A stretch of DNA of 64,000 nt from Mobula birostris (lineage: Eukaryota), in assembly GCF_030028105.1 (NCBI RefSeq), contig NC_092375.1, positions 44,119,130-44,183,129 on the forward strand. The letters are read 5' to 3'. Positions 62,654-64,000 of this stretch are shown one piece after another. The notes below the pieces were generated by a model that did not search any database, was not told the DNA's origin, and saw only the letters and a program-made list of their open reading frames with translations. The translations under genes and the position numbers were made by a program. The stretch's first letter is position 1; every line of letters begins with the position of its first letter.

Positions 62654-62741
62654 TATAATTTTATAAGCTGTACTGATATACTTACTGATTATTATGTTCA
62701 TTTAACACTTTCAAAAGTAACAATTTTAGAAATAAACCTAC

Positions 62742-63011
62742 CTGAGAATATCACTCGAGTCTGCTTTGGCTTGACCATCCATTTATGAATCATGGAGCAG
62801 ATATAGTGATTCATCTTATCAATTACTTTCAAATCATTTGTCACGTTGAAATATCCATCAGTTTCCCTCAATTTTATTTCATTATGCACTGCCAATGCAT
62901 TCCCAAGCTTGTCCCTCCACGTAACTTCTGGAGCAGGGTACCACCCTGAAGACCGGCATGACAGCACATCTGAATCGGAATCCCAGAAAACATGGATGCC
63001 ATCTGTACTAG
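62742..63011 (-). CDS. IgC (C2/C1-like) exon of a B7/butyrophilin-family gene
   Basis: 270-bp phase 1-1 exon: acceptor ttttatcttggtAG (63013-63012), donor CAG|GTAGGT (62741). LSCRSSGWYPAPEVTWRD..GYFNVTNDLKV..YICSM..IFS; both canonical Cys present. Confidence 0.92.
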
Positions 63012-63743
63012 CTACCAAGATAAAAGTAACACAAATTACAGCTAGTCAACAAGAACACAAATCACACAGAAATGCTTCAATACAAAATGTTACAGTTTTT
63101 AGAAAAGCAATAACCCTCTGCAAAATTATATATTTAAGATATTCCCTATACTTTGCTGATAATCAAGATCTGTATATTCTGGAGAAAATAAATATCTATT
63201 GGAATGAGTTGAAAGTTACCCAAAATGTGCAACAAAATAAGACAATGGTCTTACTCCTTTCCATTGGCTTACTTTGTTTTCATAAACACATTGTTCCGTG
63301 AGCATCGTAGGTACATAAAGTTTATAAATAAATAAGATGGCACTTTTTCTACATTGATTCCACATGCATTCTCAGGCAGATTTTCTTGATAGAGGAATTA
63401 AGTTTAAATAAACTGGGCTGCAATTGAAAATAACCTGCACATCTTAGCTTCCTTCTTATAACAAATGAAGCAAAGACTGAGCAAGCACCTTCATTGGTGA
63501 ATAATCTTCCAAACTCTTTTCTTCTGTGCTGTGCTGAAGTGATCCGATGCATTCAGCACACACAGGAAAATAATAATCTTGCCAAGTAAGTATGCAGATA
63601 CCAGTTTAGAATAACATTAAGCTATACTTCATCCCTTGTAATAGTTTAAATGAATGAAATTGAGCTTTCAACATTCACCTGGGCCAACTTGGAAGATTCA
63701 CTTGTCAGGTCCTACTGAAGAAACTGACCATGAGTTATCAGAA

Positions 63744-63942
63744 AACAACAGGAATTCTGCAGATGCTGGAAATTCAAGCAACACACATCAAAGTTGCTGG
63801 TGAACGCAGCAGGCCAGGCAGCATCTCTAGGAAGACGTCAGGACGTCCTGACGAAGGGTCTCGGCCTGAAACGTCGACTGCACCTCTTCCTAGAGATGCT
63901 GCCTGGCCTGCTGCGTTCACCAGCAACTTTGATGTGTGTTGC
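63744..63942. mobile_element. Young Penelope-derived mini-element with inverted arms
   Basis: 14-bp TSD ATGAGTTATCAGAA (63730-63743, 63943-63956); perfect 57-bp inverted repeat 63778-63834 / 63886-63942. Confidence 0.9.
63845..63878 (+). ncRNA. Minimal type I hammerhead ribozyme core
   Basis: GTC-CTGACGA-AGGGTCTCGGCCT-GAAA-C-G-TC-GAC: conserved CUGANGA and GAAA boxes, palindromic ACGT stem III, GUC cleavage triplet (after 63875). Confidence 0.65.
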
Positions 63943-64000
63943 ATGAGTTATCAGAAGAGTGTTCGATGTATTTGAGCCAGGATCACTCACAAGATGTTCA

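Noticed and set aside
1-64000. LINE orientation bias as evidence of one continuous minus-strand transcription unit
   Set aside because: Plus-strand copies outnumber minus only modestly (roughly 18 vs 11 by hand count), too few to be informative.

Overview
Repeat-dominated vertebrate genomic DNA, most likely from a cartilaginous fish (inferred from the repeat set: CR1, Rex1/Babar-like and L1 LINEs, V-SINEs, Penelope-like terminal repeats, Tigger/Tc1/hAT transposons, solo LTRs). The host genes are immunoglobulin-superfamily and all lie on the minus strand: a B7/butyrophilin-type IgC exon (62742-63011), a B7-type IgV exon lacking the canonical F-strand cysteine (474-815) with a 37-nt exon just upstream (884-920), and, between them, a compact three-exon leader/VJ-type V/transmembrane gene resembling NKp30 (NCR3) (34077-34787) whose only visible lesion is a 4-bp duplication. 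The main result is this receptor-like gene sitting inside or between B7-like ligand genes. It is accompanied by a perfect Mx-type ISRE (16.4 kb) and an NF-kB/TATA/Inr/donor module (55.8-56.1 kb). Other points of interest are a young TSD-flanked Penelope mini-element with a hammerhead core, a nested hAT, an inverted solo-LTR pair and a minisatellite with higher-order structure. Most listed ORFs are fragments or antisense shadows of transposable elements. Repeat boundaries without a stated TSD/TIR are approximate, and family names come from recognised motifs, not database searches.
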